Made by a program: the position numbers and the translations under genes. The notes beneath the pieces were generated by a model, which worked only from the letters and a program-made list of their open reading frames with translations, made no database searches and was not told the origin of the DNA. This document shows positions 47,097-59,167 of a DNA stretch of 64,000 nt, in pieces. The stretch is from Saprospira grandis str. Lewin. Lineage in GTDB: Bacteria > Bacteroidota > Bacteroidia > Chitinophagales > Saprospiraceae. Location of the stretch: the NCBI RefSeq assembly GCF_000250635.1, contig NC_016940.1, positions 1,416,995-1,480,994 of the forward strand. The letters are read 5' to 3'. The stretch's first letter is position 1. Every line of letters begins with the position of its first letter.

Positions 47097-47774
47097 TTGA
47101 TGCGCTTTCTTAGTGGGCCAGAGGCCCTTTTGAATGAATTTGAGTTAATTGCGGACAAAGAAAGCTTTGCCGTGCTTCATTTCTATGAGCGGAACAAAGC
47201 GGAATTGGCCCTATTGCCTTTTGCGGACTACTACCGTTTGCGGAGCTATTATGCCAATGCCTTATTTGCGGCTCAGGCCTATGCGCAGCATATAGAAGAG
47301 GCGGATTGGTTGATTGAGCAATCTATAATTTCAGACATTCGGCAGGTAGATGGGCGGGATGTCTACTTACATTTTTTATTTAGTGCTATGCGGGCCCTTT
47401 TTTATTTGGGCCAATACGAAGCTTCTTTTAAGCGGGCAAAGGCCCTAGTGGGCATGCGGCCTCATGAGCCCAAATATTTGCTTTGGTTGCGTCGCAACTT
47501 AATGCTTTGGCGGCCGAGCTGGGTGCGTTGGGGTTTTGCGGGGGCCATCTTGAGTTTGGCCAGTTGGTTGGGAGTTAGTTTATTTTCTCTTTTTCTGGTA
47601 GATCCTTTTTTCCCTTATTTGCGAGAGCTTGTCTTTTGGCTTCGGCAGGTTTCTGCCATTATGGGGGCGGCATCTATTAGCTTTGGGATATTTGGCCGAT
47701 ACTACTATGTAGAAAGAGAGCTCCGTAAATTGATTCGGGCTAGGCGGCCGAAAAAAGCGGCTCAGGAGCAATAA
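47097..47774 (+). CDS. hypothetical protein with C-terminal TM segments
   Basis: 225-aa ORF with no recognisable motifs. Confidence 0.35.
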   Translation: MMRFLSGPEALLNEFELIADKESFAVLHFYERNKAELALLPFADYYRLRSYYANALFAAQAYAQHIEEADWLIEQSIISDIRQVDGRDVYLHFLFSAMRALFYLGQYEASFKRAKALVGMRPHEPKYLLWLRRNLMLWRPSWVRWGFAGAILSLASWLGVSLFSLFLVDPFFPYLRELVFWLRQVSAIMGAASISFGIFGRYYYVERELRKLIRARRPKKAAQEQ

Positions 47775-47817
47775 AAAAGCCCTGCTAGGCAGGGCTTTAA
47801 TGGAAGCTATTTGGGCC

Positions 47818-48870
47818 TTAATTAAAAACCAAGGCTGTTTTTTCGAGGGCTTGAAAGGCCAGCAACTGCTTCATAGCTGCGGCAATTCGGGCCCGTTCTT
47901 TTTTGGGTTTATCGAAAGCATTTTTGAGAAAGACGGCATAATAAATAGGGCGTTGGCCGGCTTCTCTTTCTATCCAACCGGCATCATTATAAATGCCGGG
48001 CAGGCTTCCGGTTTTATGGGCCACTTGGCGGTTGGGGGGCAGGACTTCGGGGAGGAAATAGCGGCCAGTTCGGCAAGAGAGCAGGCAGTCTCTGAGCCAT
48101 TGGCTAGAGTTTGCATTTAGCCAATGTTCTTGATCTAGGCCTTTGAGGAGTTGGACAAAAGCTTTTGGGGAGCCTTGGTCGCGGCGGTCCCAGAGGAACT
48201 TACGTCTAGCGACTTTACGTTCGGACCAGGGAGAAGTAGATAAAATTTGGGTAGCTCGGCTATAGGTCCAGAGGCTTTGGTCCTCGGGCAGTTCTCGGTT
48301 AGCTAGATCAATAAAAATTTCGATCAGATAGCGGTTAATGTTAATATCGGAGACCATCCAGCTTTTGAGTTGGGCCTGAACAAACTCTGGTCCGCCCAAT
48401 TGGCGGAGCAGGGCATCCGTAGCGCAATTATCGCTATATCGCATCATATAGAGGGCTAGATCTTCAATTTTGGGGGCAAAATTAGTTTTGCCCGTAGTAT
48501 CCCAATCCATAAAACAGCCTGAGTGGCGGCGGTCTTCTAGGTTGAGGCGAATAGAATCGAAGAGGGAGAGCTTTCCGGCCTCTTGAGCGGCCAGCAAACT
48601 AGCCACAATAGGGAGTTTATAGACACTAGCGAGGGGGAAAAGGGTATCTCCGGCGATCGAGAAACTTTTATCGAGTTGGGCATCATAGACATAGATGCCC
48701 ATTTGGCCCTTAGGATTTTGGCAAATGGTCCTTAGGCTATCTTTGAGGGCTTCAAAACCGCTTAGATTTTCTTGATAGATGGGGACTTGGCTAAATGGGG
48801 GATGTTTTTCTTTTTGGCAGGCGAAAAGGGAAAAGAATAGAAAAGGGCAAAAAAAGTAAAGTACTTTCAT
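47818..48870 (-). CDS. class A beta-lactamase-like serine hydrolase (lipoprotein)
   Basis: 350 aa. Lipobox LFAC. SVYK (S-x-x-K), YSDNCA (SDN) and HKTGS (KTG) motifs in canonical order. Confidence 0.75.
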   Translation of the reverse strand: MKVLYFFCPFLFFSLFACQKEKHPPFSQVPIYQENLSGFEALKDSLRTICQNPKGQMGIYVYDAQLDKSFSIAGDTLFPLASVYKLPIVASLLAAQEAGKLSLFDSIRLNLEDRRHSGCFMDWDTTGKTNFAPKIEDLALYMMRYSDNCATDALLRQLGGPEFVQAQLKSWMVSDININRYLIEIFIDLANRELPEDQSLWTYSRATQILSTSPWSERKVARRKFLWDRRDQGSPKAFVQLLKGLDQEHWLNANSSQWLRDCLLSCRTGRYFLPEVLPPNRQVAHKTGSLPGIYNDAGWIEREAGQRPIYYAVFLKNAFDKPKKERARIAAAMKQLLAFQALEKTALVFN

Positions 48871-49106
48871 AAGCTATTGGTTATAGTGTTGGGTCACAAA
48901 TTAAGGAATTGAGCAGACTTTTAGGGGAGGAATACTTGAGGCTTTGGCTTTTTTAGAAAGGGGGGAAGCGAAGAATTCGGCTTAGGGCGAAGAAAGCATA
49001 AAGTTTATTTTAGAGAATTACAAACTTACCTCCTCAGATAATCAATCAGTTAGCAAGAAAACCAAATAAAAAGGCATTAAAAGCTTGGAAAACGAGATTC
49101 TTGCCG

Positions 49107-49114
49107 TATATTTG
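49107..49114 (+). promoter_or_regulatory. putative Bacteroidota -7 box (TATATTTG) immediately upstream of tRNA-Met
   Basis: TATATTTG ends 3 nt before the predicted tRNA 5' end. Confidence 0.3.
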
Positions 49115-49117
49115 CAA

Positions 49118-49189
<72 letters not shown>

Positions 49190-49197
49190 CAACTTAA

Positions 49198-49229
49198 AGC
49201 CTTCCAGTAATTGGAAGGCTTTTTTTTTG
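49198..49229 (+). terminator. rho-independent terminator after tRNA-Met
   Basis: AGCCTTCCA-gtaat-TGGAAGGCT followed by TTTTTTTT. Confidence 0.65.
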
Positions 49230-49343
49230 CTCCTATTATATCTAGCTACGGCCGCAACCTAAAGGATTATTATTTGTATAATTGCAAACTTTATTTTTGA
49301 GTCTTTGGCGGCTTTATTTTGGGCCTCAATTGCAAGTGTATAC

Positions 49344-50201
49344 ATGATGAAAAACTACCTTTCTTTAATTAAATTTAGCCATACGATTTTTGCTCTTCCC
49401 TTTGCGATGATTGGCTTTTTCTTGGCCACTGTAGAGGGCAATGGAGAATTAAACTGGCGTTTATTTGCCTTAGTTCTTTTGTGTATGGTCTTTGCGCGTT
49501 CGGCGGCTATGGCCTTTAATCGTTATGCGGATCGGGACATTGATCGGCGGAATCCGCGGACGGTCACTCGGGAGATTCCGGCTGGGGTAATTTCGGCTCG
49601 CAATGCCTTATTTTTTGTATTGATCAACTGTGCCTTATTTGTGGCCACCACTTATTTTATCAATTGGCTTTGCTTTTTGCTCTCGCCCATTGCCTTATTG
49701 GTGGTTTTGGGTTATTCTTATACCAAGCGATTTACGGCTCTTTGTCATTTTGTTTTGGGGGTAGGTTTGGCTTTGGCGCCAATTGGGGCCTATATAGCGG
49801 TGAGTAATCAGTTTGCCTTATTGCCGATTATTTATTCTTTTGTGGTTTTGTTTTGGGTGTCTGGTTTTGACATTATATATGCTTTGCAGGATGAGGAGTT
49901 TGATCGTTCTTTGGGCTTAAATTCGATTCCGGCGGCTTTGGGAAAAAAGCGGGCCTTGATGGTTTCTAATGTCTTGCATGGACTGACGGCCCTTTTGGTC
50001 ATTTATCCAGGCATACAAGCAACAGAGTTCTTTGGGCTTTATTATTGGATTGCGGTGGCTTTATTTATTGGTTTATTGGCCTATCAGCATTTTTTGGTCA
50101 AGCCAAATGATTTATCTAAGGTAAATTTGGCCTTTTTTACGACCAATGGAATTGCCTCGACTATTTTTGGGGCTTTGGTCATCTTTGATTTATATTTCTA
50201 A
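49344..50201 (+). CDS. UbiA-family aromatic prenyltransferase
   Basis: NRYADRDIDRRN matches the Asp-rich motif (NDxxDxxxD) of the UbiA family; a second Asp-rich segment YALQDEEFD; 8-9 TM helices. Start set to ATG 49344. Confidence 0.75.
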   Translation: MMKNYLSLIKFSHTIFALPFAMIGFFLATVEGNGELNWRLFALVLLCMVFARSAAMAFNRYADRDIDRRNPRTVTREIPAGVISARNALFFVLINCALFVATTYFINWLCFLLSPIALLVVLGYSYTKRFTALCHFVLGVGLALAPIGAYIAVSNQFALLPIIYSFVVLFWVSGFDIIYALQDEEFDRSLGLNSIPAALGKKRALMVSNVLHGLTALLVIYPGIQATEFFGLYYWIAVALFIGLLAYQHFLVKPNDLSKVNLAFFTTNGIASTIFGALVIFDLYF

Positions 50202-50324
50202 TGGGCCTTTGGTCCTTTTTGCTCCCCGCCTGCTTTTCTGAGTAGGCGGGGATTTTTTGTTGGTTTGGGGGCAAAAAAAGTCCATCCCTTCCCTTCTGGA
50301 CTGGATGGCTAAATATCTACTGCT

Positions 50325-50815
50325 GTTTTGGGGCCTCCGCAGCAAAGCTGCGGCGGTTACTCCCTTCGGTCGTCGAACTGCGAACTAAAGTTCTTGTTGT
50401 CGTTTCAGGGCTCGCAGGTCTGCTCGGCCCTGCGCTTCGGTGCTACGCACCTTCGGTTACTCCCTTTGGTCGTTGAACTGCGCCCTAAAGGGCTTGTTCT
50501 GGTCTGGCCTTTGGCCACTGCTGCACATCGGTTACTCCCTTTGGTCGTCGAACTGCGGACTAAAGTCCTTGTTGTGGCCAGGCGCTGCGCGCCTTTGCGG
50601 CCCTTTGGGCCTATTGCATGGCGGCGGCTGAAAGCCGCTGGCCATTTTTGGGTTTCAACCCGAAAAATTGGCTGAGGGATGGATAGCAGTGGCGCGAAGC
50701 GCCAGACCCAGGGCTTTTGCAGCGAAGCGAAAAAGCCCGCAGGGCCGAGCAGACCTGCGAGCTGCGGCACAGCCCGACCCAGCCGCAGGCTGGGGCAGCC
50801 CCAAAAAAAATTAGT
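50325..50815. repeat. compound dispersed-repeat block (subtype C forward plus subtype B reverse)
   Basis: GGTTACTCCCTTTGGTCGTCGAACTGCG.. occurs three times internally. The shared core GGGCTCGCAGGTCTGCTCGGCCC occurs once in each orientation. Confidence 0.75.
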
Positions 50816-51659
50816 CCTTCTTGGTCTGTTCTACAAGAGTTTCTATAGTATTATATAGATTCTGGATAATATTCGATTGGTTTTGGACCATTTTGCGGAG
50901 CTCCTCCATTTCTGAGCGGAGCATATTATTGATATTGGAGGGAGAGGGTAAAAAGGGAGAAATTTTGGCTCGGACATACCAAATTTCTTGAATATCCTTC
51001 ACGCTCATTTCGAAGGGTTCATAATAAGTATTATCGGAGAGAAGCAGCAGTTTTTGCTCGGCTTTGATATGATTGTGTACGCGTTTGATGAGGACATCGC
51101 CCTTAGTGACCACCACATAGACATAATTATCTTTGAGAGAAGAGGCCCAGAGGCTAGGTTCTAGGTAGCTACAGACCACCTTATCGCCTTCAAAAAGGGT
51201 GGGTTCCATACTATCTCCGGAGAGATCGAAAGAGCGGTGAGTGCCCACCTTATACTTATAATCGGGCAGGGTATAATTGGGTAATTCCTGAATAAAAGTG
51301 GGGTCTTTAGACTCTGAGGCATAGCCAGCTTGAGCGGGCACGGGCACATGCACAATCCGTTCATCATTGTGAGAATCGGTCACTACGGTAAGGACCTTAA
51401 GATTAGCTTGTGCGTCTTCGGTCATAAAGAGCGGGCCTTCTCCGGAGAAAAGATAAACGGGATTTAGCTTATAGGCATCGATTGCTTTTCGGAGCAACTC
51501 GATGGTTACATCTCGGCGTTTTTTGAGGATTTCGCTCAGGCTTTGGGGCAGATAATCGAGAGAGAGGGCAAATTGTCGGCTAGAGCGGATGCGTTGCTCT
51601 TTTTTGAGTTGGTCATGACAATGGATAAAGCGTTCGGTTACTACAGAATTCATAAGCAA
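50811..51659 (-). CDS. XRE-HTH + S24 peptidase (LexA/CI-like) repressor with a C-terminal coiled-coil extension
   Basis: 282 aa. N-terminal HTH; S24 motifs GDSMEPT (Ser) and KRV (Lys); extra C-terminal region of about 60 aa. Confidence 0.7.
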   Translation of the reverse strand: MLMNSVVTERFIHCHDQLKKEQRIRSSRQFALSLDYLPQSLSEILKKRRDVTIELLRKAIDAYKLNPVYLFSGEGPLFMTEDAQANLKVLTVVTDSHNDERIVHVPVPAQAGYASESKDPTFIQELPNYTLPDYKYKVGTHRSFDLSGDSMEPTLFEGDKVVCSYLEPSLWASSLKDNYVYVVVTKGDVLIKRVHNHIKAEQKLLLLSDNTYYEPFEMSVKDIQEIWYVRAKISPFLPSPSNINNMLRSEMEELRKMVQNQSNIIQNLYNTIETLVEQTKKD

Positions 51660-51986
51660 AAAGTTAATGCCCTAAAGCTATTATAAATGAACTCGATAGG
51701 GAGTTCTAGAACAAATTTAACTTTTTGCGTGTACAGTGACAACTATTTACGCAAATAATTTAAACTCTAAGCTAATTATTTAGATAAATTCAAAAGAGCG
51801 GACTTTAACAGTCTGCTCTTTGTTTGGGTTTAGGTCTTTTGCTGTAGTGGTTTTAACTTCATCTAATATTAACAGAACCTTTAGGTATTTTGCCTAAATT
51901 TAAACAATTGGTTAAATCAGGCTTAATAAATTTGGAAATATCGAGTTATTGCAATACTTCCAATTGAAACTAACAAAAAACAACTT

Positions 51987-52283
51987 ATGGAAAATTATTA
52001 CATGCTAGAATTTGAGGTACCTGCAGAGATGCAGTCCCATGTAGAGGCTCGTTCTGCAGAACATCATGCAAAAGTAGAAGAATTGATGGCCCAAGGGCGG
52101 ATTCAGTCTTTTTCTTATTCAGCCAACGCTTTGCGTTCTTGGGCCATTGTAAGGGCGAGTTCGGCGATTGAGGTGATGCGTTTGATTCAGGAACTACCTT
52201 TGCAAGATTGTATGATTCCTAGCATTATTAGTTTGGAAAGTCATCATGCGGCGGCTCCTGCTTTGGCGGTAGCGGCGCAGTAG
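51987..52283 (+). CDS. muconolactone-isomerase-like small alpha+beta barrel protein (tentative)
   Basis: 98 aa. Spacing of conserved hydrophobic and Pro positions resembles the MLI/YciI-like dimeric alpha+beta barrel family. Confidence 0.35.
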   Translation: MENYYMLEFEVPAEMQSHVEARSAEHHAKVEELMAQGRIQSFSYSANALRSWAIVRASSAIEVMRLIQELPLQDCMIPSIISLESHHAAAPALAVAAQ

Positions 52284-52315
52284 GTCAAAAACTTAATATA
52301 AAGGCAAAGTTGGCT

Positions 52316-52738
52316 TTAAGAGCAATAGCGGTTCTTTTGCGAACAATTGACATATATAATCGTCGCTTGTTCTAAGTCTAAGCGCTGTTTTTGTCTAGCC
52401 TTTACCCAAATGGCAAATTCTGAGGGCGCTTCTTCTTGAAACTCGCCCAACTTTAATACGGTATACAGTCCTTCTCCTGCAGGCAACAACCAACTTTGTT
52501 CATCTAGGGCAATAAGTTGGCCTTCGGGGTAGGCATGTACGGATAAAACTGGCCTAGAAGCTTGTTCTTTAAGGACTTCTATAGCCATTTCGGCCAAATC
52601 ATCTGTAGTGGGGTCTTCCTTTTCGGCTTCTAATATGACGCAACTTCCGTTTTGGAAGAGGACCCAGTGGGGATAATGTTCGGCAGTTAACTTACTAATT
52701 GTAGTTAACCATTGTTCGTGTATAACTGGATTGTTCAA
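52316..52738 (-). CDS. hypothetical protein
   Basis: 140-aa ORF with coding-like composition and no motif. Confidence 0.35.
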   Translation of the reverse strand: MNNPVIHEQWLTTISKLTAEHYPHWVLFQNGSCVILEAEKEDPTTDDLAEMAIEVLKEQASRPVLSVHAYPEGQLIALDEQSWLLPAGEGLYTVLKLGEFQEEAPSEFAIWVKARQKQRLDLEQATIIYVNCSQKNRYCS

Positions 52739-53153
52739 TAGTCTGTTTTTTGGTTTGCTACCAATAAGTTAGGGCAAATAATACAGCTATACAATAGGCC
52801 TAGGGCCCTGAGCGCAACTGTTGCGCTCAGGGCCCTTTTTGTTAAAATAAAGTTAACTGTTTTCACTGTGATTGATGTTACTACATCAATGCATTTTATC
52901 TCGGATATTTGTAACAGACAATTAGCCCAAAGGGCTAGTTCAAGAAAAGCAAAATAAAAAAATCGCTTTTGTCAATTTGGTCACAAAGATATACGATAAG
53001 CCGCCGTACTTTTGTAATGAACAAGAAAGGAAACGGCAAGTTTATAAAATAAAATTTCAGCTTGTCACAAAAGTCACAAACAATCTTTTAGAACGACCTT
53101 ATCTTTGTATCAACAACAATTTACTAAACATCACACTTAAAAATATAAGCATT

Positions 53154-54560
53154 ATGAAAGTTGAACAGCTGTATACTGGATGTCTCGCACAAGGTGCCTA
53201 CTACATTGAATCTGAAGGCGAAGCCGCTATCATTGACCCTCTTCGTGAAACTGCTCCTTATATGGAAATGGCCGAAGAGCGTGGTGCAAAGATCAAATAC
53301 ATCTTGGAAACTCACTTTCATGCCGACTTTGTTTCGGGACATATCGATCTAGCTAAGAAATCTGGCGCCCAAATCGTTTTTGGCCCTAAAGCAGAAACTG
53401 GCTATGACGCTTATGTAGCTAAAGATAATGAAGAGTTGAAACTCGGAAAGTTGCGCATCAAAGTATTGCACACCCCCGGCCACACTCAAGAGTCTAGCTG
53501 CTTCCTCCTACTCAATGAAGAAGACGAACAACTAGCAATCTTTACTGGAGATACCCTCTTCATTGGAGATGTTGGACGCCCTGACCTAGCCATCAAGTCT
53601 GATGTTACTATGGATGACTTGGCTGGTATGCTCTACGACTCTCTACACAACAAAATCATGCCTCTAAACGACGACCTCACTGTTTATCCTGGTCATGGCG
53701 CTGGTTCTGCTTGTGGTAAGAATATGTCTAAAGAAACTTATGCTACTTTGGGCAACCAAAAAGAATTCAACTATGCCCTTCAGCCTATGAGCCGCGAAGA
53801 GTTCATCGTAAAAGTAACTTCTGGTTTGGCTACGCCTCCTCAGTACTTTGGCCACAATGCCATGATGAACAAAGCAGGCTACAATAGCTTTGATGAAGCC
53901 CTCGCTCAAGGAACTACTCCTCTAGATGTAGACGCCTTCAAAGCAGAAATGGCTAAAGGTACTCTCATCCTCGATACTCGCCACCAAGATACTTTCGAAA
54001 AAGGCTATATCGCAGGCGCTATCAATATCGGTCTCGACGGTAGCTTTGCCCCTTGGGTTGGCGCTATGATCGAAAACCTCAAACGCCCTATCTTGCTTAT
54101 CGTTCAAGAAGGCCGTGAAGAAGAAGCCGTTACTCGCCTAGCCCGCGTTGGCTACGATAATGTTGTCGGTTTCCTGAAAGGAGGTATCGATGCTTGGACA
54201 GCCGCTGGCGAAGAAGTAACTACTGTAAATACAATTTCTGCCACCGCCCTTGCCGAAGCTATCGCTAAAGGCGATGACGTAAAAGTTATCGATGTCCGTA
54301 ATGAAGGAGAGTTTATCTCTGAGCACTTGCTCGTAGCGACTAGCTACCCCCTAGCCGAAATGGCCAAAAAAGTAGAAGACCTTGACAAAAAAGCCACTTA
54401 CTATGTACACTGTGCTGGTGGTTACCGCTCAATGATCGCTTCTGCCGTTCTACAAAATATGGGCTTCGAAAATATCATCAACGTAGCCGGCGGTTTCAAA
54501 GCTATTAGCGAAACCGACGCTCCTAAGAGTGACTACGTTTGCCCTTCTACCCTACTCTAG
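53154..54560 (+). CDS. MBL-fold persulfide dioxygenase-like domain fused to two rhodanese domains (ETHE1/CstB-like)
   Basis: HFHADFVSGH (HxHxDH) metal site and a further His; C-terminal rhodanese active-site loop YVHCAGGYRS. Start moved from the track's 52977 to ATG 53154. Confidence 0.8.
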   Translation: MKVEQLYTGCLAQGAYYIESEGEAAIIDPLRETAPYMEMAEERGAKIKYILETHFHADFVSGHIDLAKKSGAQIVFGPKAETGYDAYVAKDNEELKLGKLRIKVLHTPGHTQESSCFLLLNEEDEQLAIFTGDTLFIGDVGRPDLAIKSDVTMDDLAGMLYDSLHNKIMPLNDDLTVYPGHGAGSACGKNMSKETYATLGNQKEFNYALQPMSREEFIVKVTSGLATPPQYFGHNAMMNKAGYNSFDEALAQGTTPLDVDAFKAEMAKGTLILDTRHQDTFEKGYIAGAINIGLDGSFAPWVGAMIENLKRPILLIVQEGREEEAVTRLARVGYDNVVGFLKGGIDAWTAAGEEVTTVNTISATALAEAIAKGDDVKVIDVRNEGEFISEHLLVATSYPLAEMAKKVEDLDKKATYYVHCAGGYRSMIASAVLQNMGFENIINVAGGFKAISETDAPKSDYVCPSTLL

Positions 54561-54688
54561 ACGACACACACCCTTTAGAGTACACCCAATTAAAACAAGT
54601 CGATAGTCTTCTATCTTAATTAAAATGCGCTAACCAGTTAGGGAGCTAGCTGGTTCAGCGCCTTTTTCTACCTAAATTTCAATTCATC

Positions 54689-55297
54689 ATGTTCTTATTT
54701 GCGCAAGAAGTTACAGACATGTTGTCTCAACCTTGGCCTTGGTATGTCTCCGGGGCACTGATCGTTCTGGTTATGCAACTGCTCGTTTTTAACGGCAAAT
54801 CCTTTGGCGTTTCCGCTAGTATGCGCGCCGCCTGCTCTGCTATGGGCGCCGGCAAAAGCGTCTCTTTCTTCGATTTTGACTGGAAAGGTAGCCAGGGCTG
54901 GAATATGCTCTTTATCATCGGTGCAGCTATCGGAGGCTTTATCTCTATGCAGTTTCTCTCCGGCGATGAAGCTATGGATCTAGGCAGCAAGACAATGGAA
55001 TACGTCAAAAGTATCGGCTTCTCAGAGCCAGAAGTAGCAGATAACGGTAAAACTATGCTTTTACCCAAAGAATATAATGATCCCAACTTTGTGTTCTCCG
55101 CTAAAGGCCTATTTACCCTGATCTTTGGTGGCTTCCTAATCGGATTTGGCGCCCGCTATGCCGGCGGTTGTACCTCTGGACACGCTATTAGCGGCCTGTC
55201 TCAACTCCAAATCCCTTCTCTTATCGCTGTGATTGGCTTCTTTATCGGTGGCCTCACAATGACTTATTTTATCTTGCCTTTGCTATTTGGCGCCTAA
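54689..55297 (+). CDS. YeeE/YedE family sulfur-compound transporter, N-terminal half-size subunit
   Basis: Four TM helices; GARYAGGCTSGHAISGL motif. Confidence 0.7.
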   Translation: MFLFAQEVTDMLSQPWPWYVSGALIVLVMQLLVFNGKSFGVSASMRAACSAMGAGKSVSFFDFDWKGSQGWNMLFIIGAAIGGFISMQFLSGDEAMDLGSKTMEYVKSIGFSEPEVADNGKTMLLPKEYNDPNFVFSAKGLFTLIFGGFLIGFGARYAGGCTSGHAISGLSQLQIPSLIAVIGFFIGGLTMTYFILPLLFGA

Positions 55298-55310
55298 ATC
55301 TATCTACAAT

Positions 55311-55724
55311 ATGAAATTTGTAAAATATCTAGGTCTAGGCCTCCTCTTTGGCATGGTCATGACCAAATCCGAAGCAGTATCTTGGTACAGAATCCAAGAA
55401 ATGTTCCTCTTCGATAGTTTCCATATGTACGGTATCATCGGTACCGCCGTGGTACTCGGAATTATCACTACCGCCCTGATTAAAGCACTCAATCTGCAAA
55501 CCTTCAAGGGCGAAGAAATTAAGTTCCACCCCAAAAATATGTCTATTCCACGCTACCTCATCGGTGGTATTATTTTCGGCCTCGGCTGGTCTATGACCGG
55601 CGCCTGCCCCGGCCCCATGTATACCCTACTGGGCCAAGGCTACTGGGCCGTACTCATTATTATCGCATCTGCTCTAGTCGGTACTTACCTTTATGGCGCC
55701 CTGCGCTCTAAATTACCGCACTAG
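55311..55724 (+). CDS. YeeE/YedE family sulfur-compound transporter, second half-size subunit
   Basis: GLGWSMTGACPGP motif. Start set to ATG 55311. Confidence 0.7.
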   Translation: MKFVKYLGLGLLFGMVMTKSEAVSWYRIQEMFLFDSFHMYGIIGTAVVLGIITTALIKALNLQTFKGEEIKFHPKNMSIPRYLIGGIIFGLGWSMTGACPGPMYTLLGQGYWAVLIIIASALVGTYLYGALRSKLPH

Positions 55725-55904
55725 TCCGCATAAATTTTAGCTAGTTGTTTGGACCGGACGACTAGTCTAGGAGGGGAAATCGGTCTGGCTCAGCTTCTTT
55801 TATAGAGGCTGGGCCTTTTTTTTGCCCTTTCCCCTAAACTTTTGCCTCAAAAGTTCCTTAACTTTGACAAGATTACATCCACTTTAGGGGTGTTTAGTTT
55901 TTAT

Positions 55905-56030
55905 TTGGGGCCTCCCGCCTGCGGCGGGCGCTACGTTGCGGGGCTCGCAGGTCTGCTCGGCCCTTCAGCGCTTGCAGCGCTTCGGTCTGGCCTACGGCCA
56001 CCCCTCCACATCGCTAGGCCAATAACGCCC
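55905..56030 (+). repeat. dispersed GC-rich repeat, forward orientation
   Basis: GGGGCCTCCCGCCTGCGGCGGGCGCTACGTTGCGGGGCTCGCAGGTCTGCTCGGCCC...GGTCTGGCCTACGGCCACCCCTCCACATCGCTAGGCC. Confidence 0.75.
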
Positions 56031-56125
56031 AGCCATTAAGCAAAAACTAAACTGAGAATAGACCCTTATCACCTGATGCAGCTCGTACTGCCGTAGGGAA
56101 AAGTGCCGTCCTCTTGCTTCAGGAT
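56030..56125 (+). promoter_or_regulatory. TPP (thiamine pyrophosphate) riboswitch, THI element
   Basis: CTGAGAATAGACCCTTATCACCTGATGCAGCTCGTACTGCCGTAGGGAA closely matches the THI-box consensus (CUGAGA ... ACCUGAU..GGAUAAUGCCAGCGUAGGGAA). P1 closes with AAGCAA / TTGCTT. Immediately upstream of thiS-thiC. Confidence 0.8.
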
Positions 56126-56170
56126 AGCCATACCTATGCCATCAAAGAGCCGCCTAAGCTCCTCTCATCT

Positions 56171-58289
<2,119 letters not shown>

Positions 58290-58299
58290 AGATAGCTAC

Positions 58300-58490
58300 C
58301 CGCCCCTACTGCGGGCCCTGCCCGCAGAAAAGGAGCGCAGCGACTGGCTGAGGGATGGTAGGCAGTGGCCCAAAGGGCCAGACCAAAGGCTTTTGAAGCA
58401 AAGCGAAAAAGCCTGAAGGGCCGAGCAGACTTGCGAGCTGCCGAACAGCCCGACCCAGCCGAAGGCTGGGGCAGCCCCAAATTATTCATC
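58300..58490 (-). repeat. dispersed GC-rich repeat (subtype B, reverse) inserted inside the thi operon
   Basis: CTGGCTGAGGGATGGTAGGCAGTGGCC...GGCCAGACC...GGGCCGAGCAGACTTGCGAGCTGCCGAACAGCCCGACC...GGGGCAGCCCCAAA. Confidence 0.75.
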
Positions 58491-58540
58491 TAATTGTTAA
58501 AGGCCTCTAGATGGGGCCTTTGGCTTTTGAAATAGCAAAA

Positions 58541-59167
58541 ATGAAGATCAGATTATTGACGCATCCCGAACTCTTGACGGATGAAATACAACTTATCAAT
58601 GCCCTTTTTGCCGAGGGCTTAGCCTGCCTCAATTTGCGTAAGCCCAATTTTACGGCCCAGCAATATGAAGACTTTCTGGCCCAGATTGATGCCCAATATC
58701 ACCCCAAAATTATTTTGCACGACCACTATGAACTCTGCGATAAGTATAAAGTGCAGGGGATTCATTTGGGCGAGGCCCGCCGCCGCAGCTATAAACCCGC
58801 AGAACTCTTGGCGCTCCGCCAAAAGCTCCAAAAAGCAGGCTTGGCCCTAGGCTCCTCGGTGCATGAACGCGCTACTTTAGACGAATTGGCCCCCAAGCAT
58901 TTCGATTATATTTTTGTGAGTCCCGTCTTTAGCTCTATTTCTAAGCAAGGTTATGGCCCCAAAGAAGATTGGACGATTAGCGGCTACAAGGCCCAATACG
59001 ACTTTAACATTGTAGGCTTGGGCGGCATTGATTTGGACAGCCTGGGCGCCGCCGCCGAAAAAGGCTTTGAAGAAGTAGGTGCCCTAGGCTCCGTTTGGCT
59101 CAAAGGCGAGGCCGCCCCCGCCTATTTTGCTAAAATGCTCGCAGCATGTCAGGCCCTTTTGTCTTAA
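58541..59167 (+). CDS. ThiE/TenI-family protein (thiamine-phosphate synthase-like; possibly thiazole tautomerase TenI)
   Basis: TIM-barrel ThiE-like pattern (HLGEARR; SPVFSSISK; GLGGIDLD). A better ThiE lies downstream, so this copy may be TenI-like. Confidence 0.6.
   Translation: MKIRLLTHPELLTDEIQLINALFAEGLACLNLRKPNFTAQQYEDFLAQIDAQYHPKIILHDHYELCDKYKVQGIHLGEARRRSYKPAELLALRQKLQKAGLALGSSVHERATLDELAPKHFDYIFVSPVFSSISKQGYGPKEDWTISGYKAQYDFNIVGLGGIDLDSLGAAAEKGFEEVGALGSVWLKGEAAPAYFAKMLAACQALLS

Noticed and set aside
52977-53153. N-terminal 59-aa extension of the MBL-rhodanese ORF (track start 52977)
   Set aside because: The extension is AT-rich and Lys/Asn-rich with no conservation-like features, and the conserved MBL domain begins right after ATG 53154; treated as 5' leader.
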